Shown here in pieces: positions 1-10,185 of a DNA stretch of 64,000 nucleotides; positions within the stretch are counted from its first letter, which is position 1, and every line of letters begins with the position of its first letter. The stretch covers positions 10,996,101 through 11,060,100 of the forward strand of contig NC_092677.1 of NCBI RefSeq assembly GCF_964355755.1, written 5' to 3'. Both the position numbers and the translations under genes were made by a program. The stretch is from Antedon mediterranea. Taxonomy: Eukaryota; Animalia; Echinodermata. The notes beneath the pieces were generated by a model. That model was not told where the DNA came from. It saw only the letters and a list, made by a program, of their open reading frames with translations, and did no database searches.

Positions 1-1900
1 ATTGTTCATATCCTTTTCAGTATATTAACAAATATATCCTCAACACATTATTATTTTATTTAGTCATCAAAGCATGCATTATGAATTGAAAATATTACAT
101 AATTTTTATTAATAGGACGTAGTTATGGGATGTTTTGTTCCAAAATCAATCAATAGAACGTTATAATGTACTAACGCACGCGCGCGCAATATTCTTTGGC
201 GCAAGTACTTCTGTACGCTGTGCACGTCGATATTTTACCGTAAAATGTGCAATTACATTTTTTTAAATATAGGAAAAAGTTGAAAGTATTTTGTTGCTCC
301 TATACTTTACATGCATTAATGGAGACAAGTTTGACACATTTTGATCTGCATATCACGTGACTATAATCCAATGCCGTAACTCTTTATATATATGGCTCTG
401 TGGCTCTGAGAGCAAGAGCGCCCTCACTTGTTTGGTGTGTGGTGGGTAGCTGATCATACTGGAGGTGCGGTCCTATTATACAACACGTCTTCGGACGTCG
501 TGTGGACGTATTTCACAGTTATCAAGAGCTCATCATATGCAATTTATTTCCAGTTAATGCCATAAATCAAAATCCGTGCAATTACTCCCACTATGATCCA
601 TTAGGCTATTATTAACCTCTAACTTGGCCTAAGTGTAATAGGCTACTACTATAGTTAATATTAAGAAACATTCATTATCGAATTGTAAAAACAGTAGGCC
701 TTATAAACCAGGCTACCAATATCTAACAAAAACTGATTAAATCGGAAATATACCGTAAATACGCAACAACCAGACATCATTCTACATCAAACTTTAGTCG
801 GATATTATAGTACAGTCTGACAGAGGACAAAGCTTGCCTATAGGATCTAGCTAACCACCATTCAAACACATTGATCAATTTATATGTGCATTCAAATACT
901 ATTAAACTTACATAAATAAACATGTAACCTCAAGATAGTGAATAAACTCAATTATCCGTATTTTCCGCACCTGTATTAACTATGCAAATACAAACAAAAT
1001 GGAGTAGCGCCCTCTCTCTGTATCATTCACCCCGTTAAGCTTATTCTTTATCATCCGTTTTTTAATTGTTCCTTGCTAACCCGTCCTCTCTTTATTGAGA
1101 ACATCGCAACATCATGCCATGTGTGTATTCTCTACACACCAAAACTTACATTTTCAACCAACTTTTTATTACTTTAAAAGACGTGTTGTGCAATTTGTGT
1201 AACAAATCTAGTCGTAATAAATAGCCATGAAGTATAGGCCTAATTGGCTTAAATTCGATTTAATTTTTTGTTTGGTTGCCTACTGAACATCGTTCGTTGA
1301 TACGCTTTTTGGTAATTTATGCGAAAGAAAAAAGTCTCTGTCTATAAAGAGTATTGAAAATGTTTTTTCGAGAATGTTATTTTTTTCGGTAAATTTCCGT
1401 AACGTTTAAAAAACATACGTATTTCCACCTACATAGTATTTCATACAAACCATAGTTACGAGGTAAATACCATGGACAAATAATTATAATATTATTAATA
1501 TACTTATTTCTCCATGTTCAAAGATTACTAATTCGAATTGTTCACTCAAAAACGCAATCAAACTCCACGAGATATTGCCCATTCTTCATTCGTTCGTTCG
1601 AAAATGTAATATAAAACACACAATTGAAAATAGTTTAATTTATTTCTGCAACAATACATGACTTAAATATTTAACATACAACAAAAATAATGAAAAGTAT
1701 AACTAATGTTTCCATTCCAGACAAAACACAAGGACGTAGACGCAAGGCAGGCAACCAATGACAAGCGACTGTTTGAATAATCCATCGCTTGTGATTGGTC
1801 GACTCGCTTAAGCGTGGTTCCCACTAGCGACGCAACACAAGGACGTAACGCAACGCAAGTGAATTGACCAATCACAAGCGATGGCTTATTCGCTTGTGAT

Positions 1901-2347
1901 TGTAATAAATTACCATTCCCTAACATATAGAGTAACATAGTATTTACATGAACATTCTAGAATAAGATGTTTTGATTTAATAAACCATGTATAATTAATA
2001 AGAACAATCAAGAACATTCCAGAAGTGCTATTAATAGAAACTGTAATCATGTAATAATGAGAAGTATAAAGAATGATCTAGAAGGATAGGAGCATCTTGT
2101 ATATAAAGGGATGTAAACTATTGTAAGGTTGTTGGATTAGAGGTTGGATGTTATATTGTAAAGTCATTGTGAAGCTGTTGTTTAAAGTGCTTACTGGATT
2201 GTTGAAAGTTGAAGTTGATTGAAATTAAAGCTTTGTTTTTGAGTTATTTTACAACTTTGTGGATTTTGTGTGTATACTTTTATGTCACAAGGGAGTTCCT
2301 AAAGTATTTCAACCGCTCGGAAACATACGTGAGAGGAGTTCGTGACA
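1901..2347 (+). repeat. 5' LTR
   Basis: TGTAATAAAT...GTTCGTGACA; no differences from 7390-7836 seen on manual comparison; TATA-like TATATAAAG near 2100. Confidence 0.95.
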
Positions 2348-2352
2348 TAATT

Positions 2353-2365
2353 TGGTGGCAGCGGT
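2353..2365 (+). promoter_or_regulatory. Primer binding site, tRNA-Leu type
   Basis: TGGTGGCAGCGGT, 5 nt after the LTR; complementary to the 3' end ...ACCGCTGCCACCA of metazoan tRNA-Leu(AAG/TAG). Confidence 0.8.
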
Positions 2366-2679
2366 TATTTCGATCTACTGTTCGACTTAACTGTGTATTT
2401 ATCTACGGTTGTGATATTTTGTGGTAGCAGTTTGATCTACTGTATTTTGCCATAGATTGGTGGCTGTTTTAGGATCAACTGTACTTTATTGATATTTTGT
2501 GAAAGCGGTACTTACGACACTGTGATATTTTACGGAAGCCGCAGTGCTACGTTTTGTTTAATCGTAAGTACACAAACATTGTTTTAAGAACAGTACATTA
2601 TTTATTTGGAACAGTAGACTTGTGAACGTCTCGGTAACTACGATTAACTAGTAACAAGACCCTCATCCAGATTTAAAAT

Positions 2680-3537
2680 ATGGCTGATAAACAATCAACA
2701 ACAAGATCCGGTAGAGAATACAGCGGTGGCGATGAAGAAACTGATTCGGATGTAGAATCAGTTCAATCAGTACAACCTGAACAACAGGCAGAAGAGTCTG
2801 GACCAACCAGTGGACCGTACCCTACAGGGGCTGACTCATCTTCAAAAGATGTTTTGTTGTTGATGCAGCAGCAAATGCAGCAGCAAATGCAGCAGCAAAT
2901 GCAACAACAGAATCTTATGATGCAGCAGATGATGGAACAACAAGAACGTTTACGCAAAGAAGATATGGAAAAACAAGAACGTTTACGCAAAGAAGATATG
3001 GAAAGACAAGAACGTTTACGTAGGGAAGATATGGAGAAACAGCAAGCGTTAGTAATGGCGTTAATGGATAAGCAAAAGGACAGTGAGGAGAAACGATTAA
3101 AAGACATGATGAGATTGAAGGAAGTTCAGATTGCAAAACTTTCTGATAGTGATGATATTGAAAATTATCTCACTACGTTTGAACGAATTGCTAACACCTA
3201 TGAGTGGCGAAAAGAACACTGGGTAGTAAAACTAATACCTCATTTGACAGGCAAAGCAAGAGCGGCCTATGCATCACTACCAGTGACAGAAAGTAACCAG
3301 TACGACATAGTGAAGAAAGCAATATTACAAAGGTATGACATAACTGAAAAGACATATAGGCAAAGGTTTAGGTCAATTAAAAAGAAAAGTGAAGAAAGTT
3401 ATAGAGAAATGTATGTTAGGTTAAAAGATTTATTTACTAAGTGGGCTAGGCCTGCTGATAAAAGCAAAGATGATTTAGCTGAAATTGTTATTTTAGAGCA
3501 ATTAATAGATATTATGCCCTGCAGAATTAGCAGATAA
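2680..3537 (+). CDS. gag: Gag (capsid/SCAN-like), truncated by frameshift
   Basis: DDIENYLTTFERIA...W...LIPHLTGKARAAY...YRQRFR...ILEQL is typical of Gmr1-type Gag. N-terminus has poly-Q/M and EKQERLRKEDM repeats. The frame shifts after IMP and the natural continuation AELADNYFQARK starts at 3521 in another frame. Confidence 0.85.
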   Translation: MADKQSTTRSGREYSGGDEETDSDVESVQSVQPEQQAEESGPTSGPYPTGADSSSKDVLLLMQQQMQQQMQQQMQQQNLMMQQMMEQQERLRKEDMEKQERLRKEDMERQERLRREDMEKQQALVMALMDKQKDSEEKRLKDMMRLKEVQIAKLSDSDDIENYLTTFERIANTYEWRKEHWVVKLIPHLTGKARAAYASLPVTESNQYDIVKKAILQRYDITEKTYRQRFRSIKKKSEESYREMYVRLKDLFTKWARPADKSKDDLAEIVILEQLIDIMPCRISR

Positions 3538-4012
3538 TTATTTTCAAGCTAGAAAAGGTATCGATTTTGAGAAAAAGTTTCAAAATAGAAAACACGAAAA
3601 TAGAAACCACCAGGAGAAAACAGTGAAAGGCACTCCTGAAGTTGACAGTAAGGGTAATAATAATCCCCCTGATAACTTTCATAAATCACAATCTGACGCT
3701 AGACAACCTCTCGTTTGTAGACGGTGCAAAAAAGTAGGCCACATAGAACGATTTTGTCGAAGTAAGGATGGCTTTTTGTCGACTTAGACAGATACTGTTT
3801 CAAAACCATGTACACCTTACATTTGTAGAGGCCTAGTTGAAGGATGTGATTGTGAAATTTTGATAGACTCTGGATGTGATATGACACTTGTTCATTCTGA
3901 TTTAGTAGCGGCTAAGAAAATTAATCGCGCGGAGCAAGCTAAAATTACATGCAGGTGCGTCCATGACCATGTCAAAGCCTATCCTACTGCATTCGTCAAT
4001 ATTAAGATTTAA
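3521..4012 (+). pseudogene. Gag C-terminus (CCHC zinc knuckle) and aspartic protease, interrupted
   Basis: Frame 2 reads AELADNY...CRRCKKVGHIERFC (from 3716), then an in-frame TAG at 3785-3787, then EILIDSGCDMTLV (DSG at 3866), then TAA at 4010-4012. The protease C-terminus (LPRDVILGRDF) continues in frame 3. Confidence 0.8.
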
Positions 4013-7000
4013 TAACGAAGACCATAATTTGTTGGTTGGCGTTTGCAGCGATTTACCAAGAGATGTAATTCTTGGTAGGGACTTTCCTAAATTTGGAGAC
4101 TTATTAGGGAAGAGGGATAAGAATCATGATAGGCATAGTTTTGTTGCCACTAGAGATCATGCTAGAAAAGAAAAACTAAGAGAGGAAAACGAATTAAAGT
4201 CGGAAAAAGCTTCTGGGGTTATTTCACATCAGTTAGATGATGTGGTTAATTTTCAAGAAGAATTTGGACATTTAGATGGCCAACTACTCAGTAACAACCC
4301 TCCCAAGGAAAAAGTTCATAAAACCAGAAGTGAGAAACGAAAAGTTAGGAAAGAGTTTGCAAAAACAAAGGAAGCTCAATCTAGCCAAGATAGTGAATTA
4401 GACATTTTAGATATTGGCAGAGATAAAATTAAGGATTATCAGGTTAAGGATAGAACTTTAATTTCACTTCGAGAACAGATGTTAGTACAGAAGGATGATG
4501 ACACTATAAAGATAGTCTGTAAGGATGGAATTTTATTTAGGCAGGTTTTCACTAAACACCAGACAGAACCAATAGAGCAATTAGTAGTTCCATACCCTTG
4601 CCGTAATAGTGTATTGAAAGTCTCACATGATATTCCTTTGGCAGGTCATTTAGGTAGGAAAAAGACATTAGATAGGATAAAGCAGAGATTCTTTTGGCCT
4701 GGTATTAGAAAGGATGTGACCGAATATTGTAACACTTGTGAAAATTGTCAGAAAACTTCAAAGTATAAAACTAAATTGAAGGCCCCGATGATTCCTATGC
4801 CAATAATCAGTGAACCATTCCGCCGAATCGCTATGGACATTGTTGGTCCACTAGCACGGAGTAAGACAGGAAATAAATATGTCTTGGTTATATGTGATTA
4901 TGCAACTCGATATCCGGAGGCTATCCCACTGAGAAGTATTGAAGCTCCAAAGATAGCGGATGAGTTGATTAAATTATTTTCCAGGGTAGGGGTACCAACA
5001 GAAATTTTAACCGATCAAGGCTCTAACTTTACCTCTAAGTTGTTGAGTCAAATTTATAAGTTACTTTCAATTAAGGGCTTGACTACTTCTCCCTACCATC
5101 CACAAACCGATGGATTAGTGGAAAGATTTAATGGCACCCTCAAGGCTATGATTAGAAAATTTGTTCAGGATGATCCCCGAGAATGGGATAAATTGCTTCC
5201 GTACCTATTATTTGCTTATAGGGAGGTACCGCAGGAGTCAACTGGGTTCTCTCCATTTGAATTATTGTATGGTTGGAAGGTACGAGGTCCACTTGATATA
5301 ATGAAAGAAATGTGGACAGGCACGGTGACAGGTCCTCAAAGTGTGGTTTCACACGTTGTTAAAATGAGAGATAGGTTAACTTCAATGAAAGATCTAGTCC
5401 AGGAAAACATTGAACTATCCCAAACAAGGCAAAAACAAAAATATGATCAGAAATCTGTTTGTAGAGAATTTAGTCCAGGTGATGAAGTCCTATTACTCTT
5501 ACCATCTAGTAACGATGCATTAGAGGCAAAATGGCAAGGTCCTTACAAGGTTTTAAGGAAACTAGGTCCAGTAAACTATGAGGTGGAAACTAATGATAAA
5601 CGGAAAAAGTCAAAAGTCTACCACATAAATCTTTTAAAACAATTTCATCGTAGAACTATTGAGGTTATGCTGGCTATAAATGATGTAACTGGACAAGACG
5701 AGGGTCAGGATAAGGACATTTCTTGGTCAAATATTTCTAGTTCCAATTTAACCTTAGATTCTGGTGAAGGATTAGATGAATCTCAGCTTTCAGATTTAGC
5801 GGAGGTGTTTTCTGAATTTGACTCAGTGTTACAGGACAAGCCAGGGAAAACTACTGTAATAAAGCATGATATTGAAATGAACCTAGGGGTACACCCAGTT
5901 AGATTAAGAGCTTATCCAATTCCTCAGGCTAAGTTAGGCAAAGTAAAAGAAGAGATAGAATCTATGTTGGAACTTGGGGTAATAGAAGAGTCTCACAGTC
6001 CCTGGTCCTCTCCTTATATCATGGTACCAAAGCCGGACGGTACAGCTCGCTTTTGCGTAAATTACAAAAAAGTGAATAGCTTGAGCAAGTTTGATGCATA
6101 TCCAATGCCTCGAATAGATGAAATAATAGGCAGGGTTGGTCCTGCTAAATTTATAACGAAGTTAGATTTATGTAAAGGTTACTGGCAGGTTCCATTAACT
6201 GAACGGTCAAAACCATATACAGCTTTTTCAACACCAATGGGTTTGTACCAATTTAAGTATTTACCATTTGGCTTGCATGGGGCTCCTGCAACGTTTCAAA
6301 GAATGATGGATCAACTGTTGCGCAAGAAAGAATCTTATGCAGCAGCTTATATGGATGATCTGGTAATATTTAGTCCAGACTGGGAAAGTCATATCCATCA
6401 TCTTAGGGACATTTTTCAGACCCTCAAGCAAGCTAATCTGACAGTCAAACCTGCAAAATGTAGTTTCGCACATAGTAAAGTGCATTATTTAGGGTATGTA
6501 GTTGGAGAGGGAATGATACGTCCTCAAAAGACTAAGGTAGAAGCGGTAGTACAATGGGAAAAACCTAAAACTAAGAAGGATGTTAAATCTTTTCTTGGCC
6601 TGACAGGATACTACCGAAAGTTTATTCCTAATTATGCTGACATTGCAGCACCTCTAACTGATCTGACGGGGAAAAAACATCCAGATAAAATCAAATGGAC
6701 GCCTGAGTGCGAAGATGCACTTGTAAAGTTAAAACAGGCGTTATGTTCAGACCCTGTGTTACGAAACCCAGATTTTAATGCAGAGTTTATACTGCAAACA
6801 GATGCGTCAGATCGAGGGTTAGGTGCAGTACTTAGTCAACTAGGTCCTGATGGTACTAACCATCCAGTATTGTATCTTAGTCGTAAGATGTTCCCAAGGG
6901 AACAGAATTATGCAACTATAGAGAAAGAGTGTTTAGCTATAAAATGGGCTGTCGAAAGTCTGCGATATTATCTACTAGGCAGAAAATTTAAGATAGTTAC

Positions 7001-7160
7001 TGACCATCAACCACTCAAATGGTTGGTTGAAATGAAAGAGACAAACAAAAGACTAACTAGATGGAGTCTTGATTTACAACCTTATTGCTTTACTGTTGTA
7101 CATAGAAGGGGTATTTCTAATGGTAATGCTGACGGATTGTCCCGAAAACCATTAACTTAA
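3963..7160 (+). CDS. pol: Pol: integrase, reverse transcriptase, RNase H
   Basis: Integrase: HHCC (SHDIPLAGH...CENC), DDE core (MDIVGPL, TDQGSNF, VERFN), GPY motif. RT: LDLCKGYWQ, PFGL, YMDD. RNase H: QTDAS, EKECLA, TDHQPL, NADGLSR. The ORF-track ATG is probably not the true start. Confidence 0.95.
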   Translation: MTMSKPILLHSSILRFNNEDHNLLVGVCSDLPRDVILGRDFPKFGDLLGKRDKNHDRHSFVATRDHARKEKLREENELKSEKASGVISHQLDDVVNFQEEFGHLDGQLLSNNPPKEKVHKTRSEKRKVRKEFAKTKEAQSSQDSELDILDIGRDKIKDYQVKDRTLISLREQMLVQKDDDTIKIVCKDGILFRQVFTKHQTEPIEQLVVPYPCRNSVLKVSHDIPLAGHLGRKKTLDRIKQRFFWPGIRKDVTEYCNTCENCQKTSKYKTKLKAPMIPMPIISEPFRRIAMDIVGPLARSKTGNKYVLVICDYATRYPEAIPLRSIEAPKIADELIKLFSRVGVPTEILTDQGSNFTSKLLSQIYKLLSIKGLTTSPYHPQTDGLVERFNGTLKAMIRKFVQDDPREWDKLLPYLLFAYREVPQESTGFSPFELLYGWKVRGPLDIMKEMWTGTVTGPQSVVSHVVKMRDRLTSMKDLVQENIELSQTRQKQKYDQKSVCREFSPGDEVLLLLPSSNDALEAKWQGPYKVLRKLGPVNYEVETNDKRKKSKVYHINLLKQFHRRTIEVMLAINDVTGQDEGQDKDISWSNISSSNLTLDSGEGLDESQLSDLAEVFSEFDSVLQDKPGKTTVIKHDIEMNLGVHPVRLRAYPIPQAKLGKVKEEIESMLELGVIEESHSPWSSPYIMVPKPDGTARFCVNYKKVNSLSKFDAYPMPRIDEIIGRVGPAKFITKLDLCKGYWQVPLTERSKPYTAFSTPMGLYQFKYLPFGLHGAPATFQRMMDQLLRKKESYAAAYMDDLVIFSPDWESHIHHLRDIFQTLKQANLTVKPAKCSFAHSKVHYLGYVVGEGMIRPQKTKVEAVVQWEKPKTKKDVKSFLGLTGYYRKFIPNYADIAAPLTDLTGKKHPDKIKWTPECEDALVKLKQALCSDPVLRNPDFNAEFILQTDASDRGLGAVLSQLGPDGTNHPVLYLSRKMFPREQNYATIEKECLAIKWAVESLRYYLLGRKFKIVTDHQPLKWLVEMKETNKRLTRWSLDLQPYCFTVVHRRGISNGNADGLSRKPLT

Positions 7161-7374
7161 AGCAAGGGTTACTTTATAAAATAGACAAAATAGGTTTTAA
7201 TGTTTATAAGTTACTTGTTTCTTACATTTTGTTTGTAATGAGAATTTGGTTTTCACGTAATGTAGTTTGAATTTATATTCATATATTAAACAGGGTTTCT
7301 AGGTCGAAAATGTTATATTTTGCCACGTCCGTGTATACTTGCCCTTCAAAACTCCAAGAAAGAGTTTTGAGCTC

Positions 7375-7389
7375 AGAAAGAGGGGGGAG
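7375..7389 (+). promoter_or_regulatory. Polypurine tract
   Basis: AGAAAGAGGGGGGAG immediately 5' of the 3' LTR. Confidence 0.9.
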
Positions 7390-7836
7390 TGTAATAAATT
7401 ACCATTCCCTAACATATAGAGTAACATAGTATTTACATGAACATTCTAGAATAAGATGTTTTGATTTAATAAACCATGTATAATTAATAAGAACAATCAA
7501 GAACATTCCAGAAGTGCTATTAATAGAAACTGTAATCATGTAATAATGAGAAGTATAAAGAATGATCTAGAAGGATAGGAGCATCTTGTATATAAAGGGA
7601 TGTAAACTATTGTAAGGTTGTTGGATTAGAGGTTGGATGTTATATTGTAAAGTCATTGTGAAGCTGTTGTTTAAAGTGCTTACTGGATTGTTGAAAGTTG
7701 AAGTTGATTGAAATTAAAGCTTTGTTTTTGAGTTATTTTACAACTTTGTGGATTTTGTGTGTATACTTTTATGTCACAAGGGAGTTCCTAAAGTATTTCA
7801 ACCGCTCGGAAACATACGTGAGAGGAGTTCGTGACA
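7390..7836 (+). repeat. 3' LTR
   Basis: Direct repeat of 1901-2347, followed by the GTGAT target duplication. Confidence 0.95.
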
Positions 7837-8035
7837 GTGATTGCTAACCGTCTATAACTTCGCTTGTCATTGGTTAAAACGCTTGCGTTGCGTTTACGTC
7901 CCTGCGTTACGTTCTAGTGGGAACCAAGCTTTACGTTGCGTTACGTCCTTGCGTTGCTGTAGTGGGAATTAGGCTAGGACGCAACGTAACGCAATGACGT
8001 ATAGACGCAAAGTGCTGTATTACGTAATTACGTAA

Positions 8036-8214
8036 AGCTTGGTTCCCACTAGAACGTAACGCAAGGACGTAAACGCAACGCAAGTGTTTTAACCAATGAC
8101 AAGCGAAGTTATAGACAGTTAGCAATCACAAGCGAATAAGCCATCGCTTGTGATTAGTCAATTCACTTGCATTGCGTTACGTCCTTGCGTTGCGACGCTA
8201 GTGGGAACCACGCT
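8036..8214. mobile_element. PIF/Harbinger-like MITE (GGTTCCCACTAG family)
   Basis: TIRs AGCTTGGTTCCCACTAG...CTAGTGGGAACCACGCT with TAA/TTA flanks; related pieces at about 1710-1807, 7934-8360, 8745-8890, 11447-11575 and 14790-14930. Confidence 0.75.
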
Positions 8215-9699
8215 TTAGTGAGAACCGACGACGCAATAGTGCTGCAAACATCGCAGGTTTGATTTCACGCAGGCGGGGGCAAATACAATTATTAGGAGGG
8301 CATTTGATATTACGTTGCCTAGATTGCGTTACGTTGCGTATCTAGTGGGAAATAGGAGTCAATTAAATAATGTGGTTTTTCGGAAAAAAAGGTTTTTTTA
8401 TGCATGTTAAATGGAAAGCCTTTCTCTGTATTCTCTGTTCTGTTTTGTTATACCATAGAGATATTATCTCTATGGTTATACTCATTTAGAGTATATTATT
8501 TGCTGTGGGTCTATTGTTTTATTTTAAAGACCTATGTTTTCTTGCTCCTCTTTTTCTTATTTTTTAGTCATTCCTGTTCCATAAGATTTAATTCAAACAA
8601 TATGTATTTATTATAGGGTTTTTCTTAAGGTACTCATTATATATATAATAAATATAATTAAATTGCAATAACTGCAATAGGTTAAACATAAAACATTTGG
8701 GTACATTAGGTACATAAAGAAAGTAATACTTAAAATGAACATATTGGTTGCCACTAGAACGCAATGCAGCGACGCATCGACGCAAATAGATGTATTGCGT
8801 AATCACAAGTGGTGCAAACATCATAGGTTTGATTTCACGAAGGCAGAGGAAAACACAATTATTGAAAGGGCATTTTCTTAGGTTGCGTTATAATATATAT
8901 ATAATTAAATTGTAATAACAGCAACAGGTTAGACATAAATCATTTGGGTACATAGCACATTAGGTACTAGTTAAAAAAAAGAAAAAAAAGAAAGTCGTAG
9001 TTAAAATATTGTTTGAGTGTAAGTAATAATATAACAATAAGTCATGGGTGGAGGTGGGTTATACCCTTTATTTTATACCCTTATCATTTGGGCACTGTAA
9101 CATTTAAAATAAATCTGGCACTATTGTTAGTTTACTATAGAATATTATAAAAGAAAAAACATGCATTTCATATCCATAAAACTAAACAAAAAACAAAAAC
9201 AAAATTTATCCTTTTTCGTTGCAAATATTTTTTTAACAATAAAAAATATTTGAAATCTACTTGGTGCTTTTAATCATAACGTTGGTTGGGTCATGTTTCT
9301 GCAACATGAACTACTGTGTACTTAGCGCATATTTACAATAACCTGGAATATACAGAAAGACTATCTGTAGAAAATCATCAATACAAATTTAAAATGAATA
9401 AAAGTATTTATATAATATAATATATATACGACATTAATTAAGAAACCTTTATATATACTGTATAAAATATTTTGTTTTAAAAAACTGTACAGTAACTTAA
9501 TAATAAAAATATTTATTAAAATAAAAGAATATTTATAGAGACATCATAGCACCTAAAATCTATATTGTTTAATAATCGATAATGCCCGTGCAAAGTTTTG
9601 TTCCCGTGGGTGAAAAAAGCAGCATGCATACTGCTACGTAAGCACCGTGCGAAAACCTTAATTTAACATTTATTAAAGATTAAAAAGAAAAATGTTAAA

Positions 9700-10060
9700 T
9701 GAACTGATTAAACTTTAAAATGAATTTTAAATGTTTTTCATTTAAGCTTAATTTATCTTACATATAATTATACTAATGTATCGTATATTATATTACATAG
9801 CAGATAAAACTACACATGTTATTTTAAATTGCATGAACTGTTTAAACTTTAAAATGAATTTTAAATGTTTTTCATTTAAGCTTAATTTATCTTACATATA
9901 CAGTACTGTATCGTATATTCTATTATATAGCAGTTAAAACTACACATATTTTATGTTAAAACTGTTTAAACTTTGTTAAAAAATCAAATGAACTGATTAT
10001 ACTTTAAATGAATTTTAAATGTTTTTCATTTTGAGCTCAATTTATTTAGTCAGTTAAAAC
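9700..10060. repeat. Approximately 140-bp degenerate tandem triplication downstream of the POGLUT stop codon
   Basis: TTTAAAATGAATTTTAAATGTTTTTCATTT...AAAACTACACAT recurs near 9714, 9848 and 10003. Confidence 0.7.
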
Positions 10061-10185
10061 TACACATTTGTTATTTTATAATACTATAAAACTGTTTAAA
10101 ATGTTTGTTTCTTAAACTACAAAAAGTATTTATAAATTGTGGAAGACAAACTATATATTTGGTGATACAATGATAGTTCTTATTT

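Larger units (their letters stand above)
1901..7836 (+). mobile_element. Full-length Ty3/Gypsy LTR retrotransposon, Gmr1-like (integrase upstream of RT)
   Basis: Two 447-bp TG...CA LTRs (1901-2347, 7390-7836), 5-bp target site duplication GTGAT (1896-1900, 7837-7841), PBS, PPT, and gag/PR/IN/RT/RH motifs in that order. Confidence 0.96.
1811..7930. mobile_element. PIF/Harbinger-like MITE split by the LTR element (1811-1900 joined to 7842-7930)
   Basis: TIRs AGCGTGGTTCCCACTAG / CTAGTGGGAACCAAGCT flanked by TTA on both sides. The joined halves match the reverse complement of the intact copy at 8036-8214. Confidence 0.8.

Noticed and set aside
410-1020. CTCF-like AGCGCCCTC motifs (also near 27838)
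   Set aside because: Only partial matches to the core; cannot be supported without binding data.
2763-3136. Antisense ORFs within gag
   Set aside because: Shadows of the low-complexity Q/M/E coding repeats.
9575-9660. Small GC-rich patch with CCGTG repeats and a hairpin downstream of POGLUT
   Set aside because: I could not fit an HDV, twister or SECIS consensus; too short to call.
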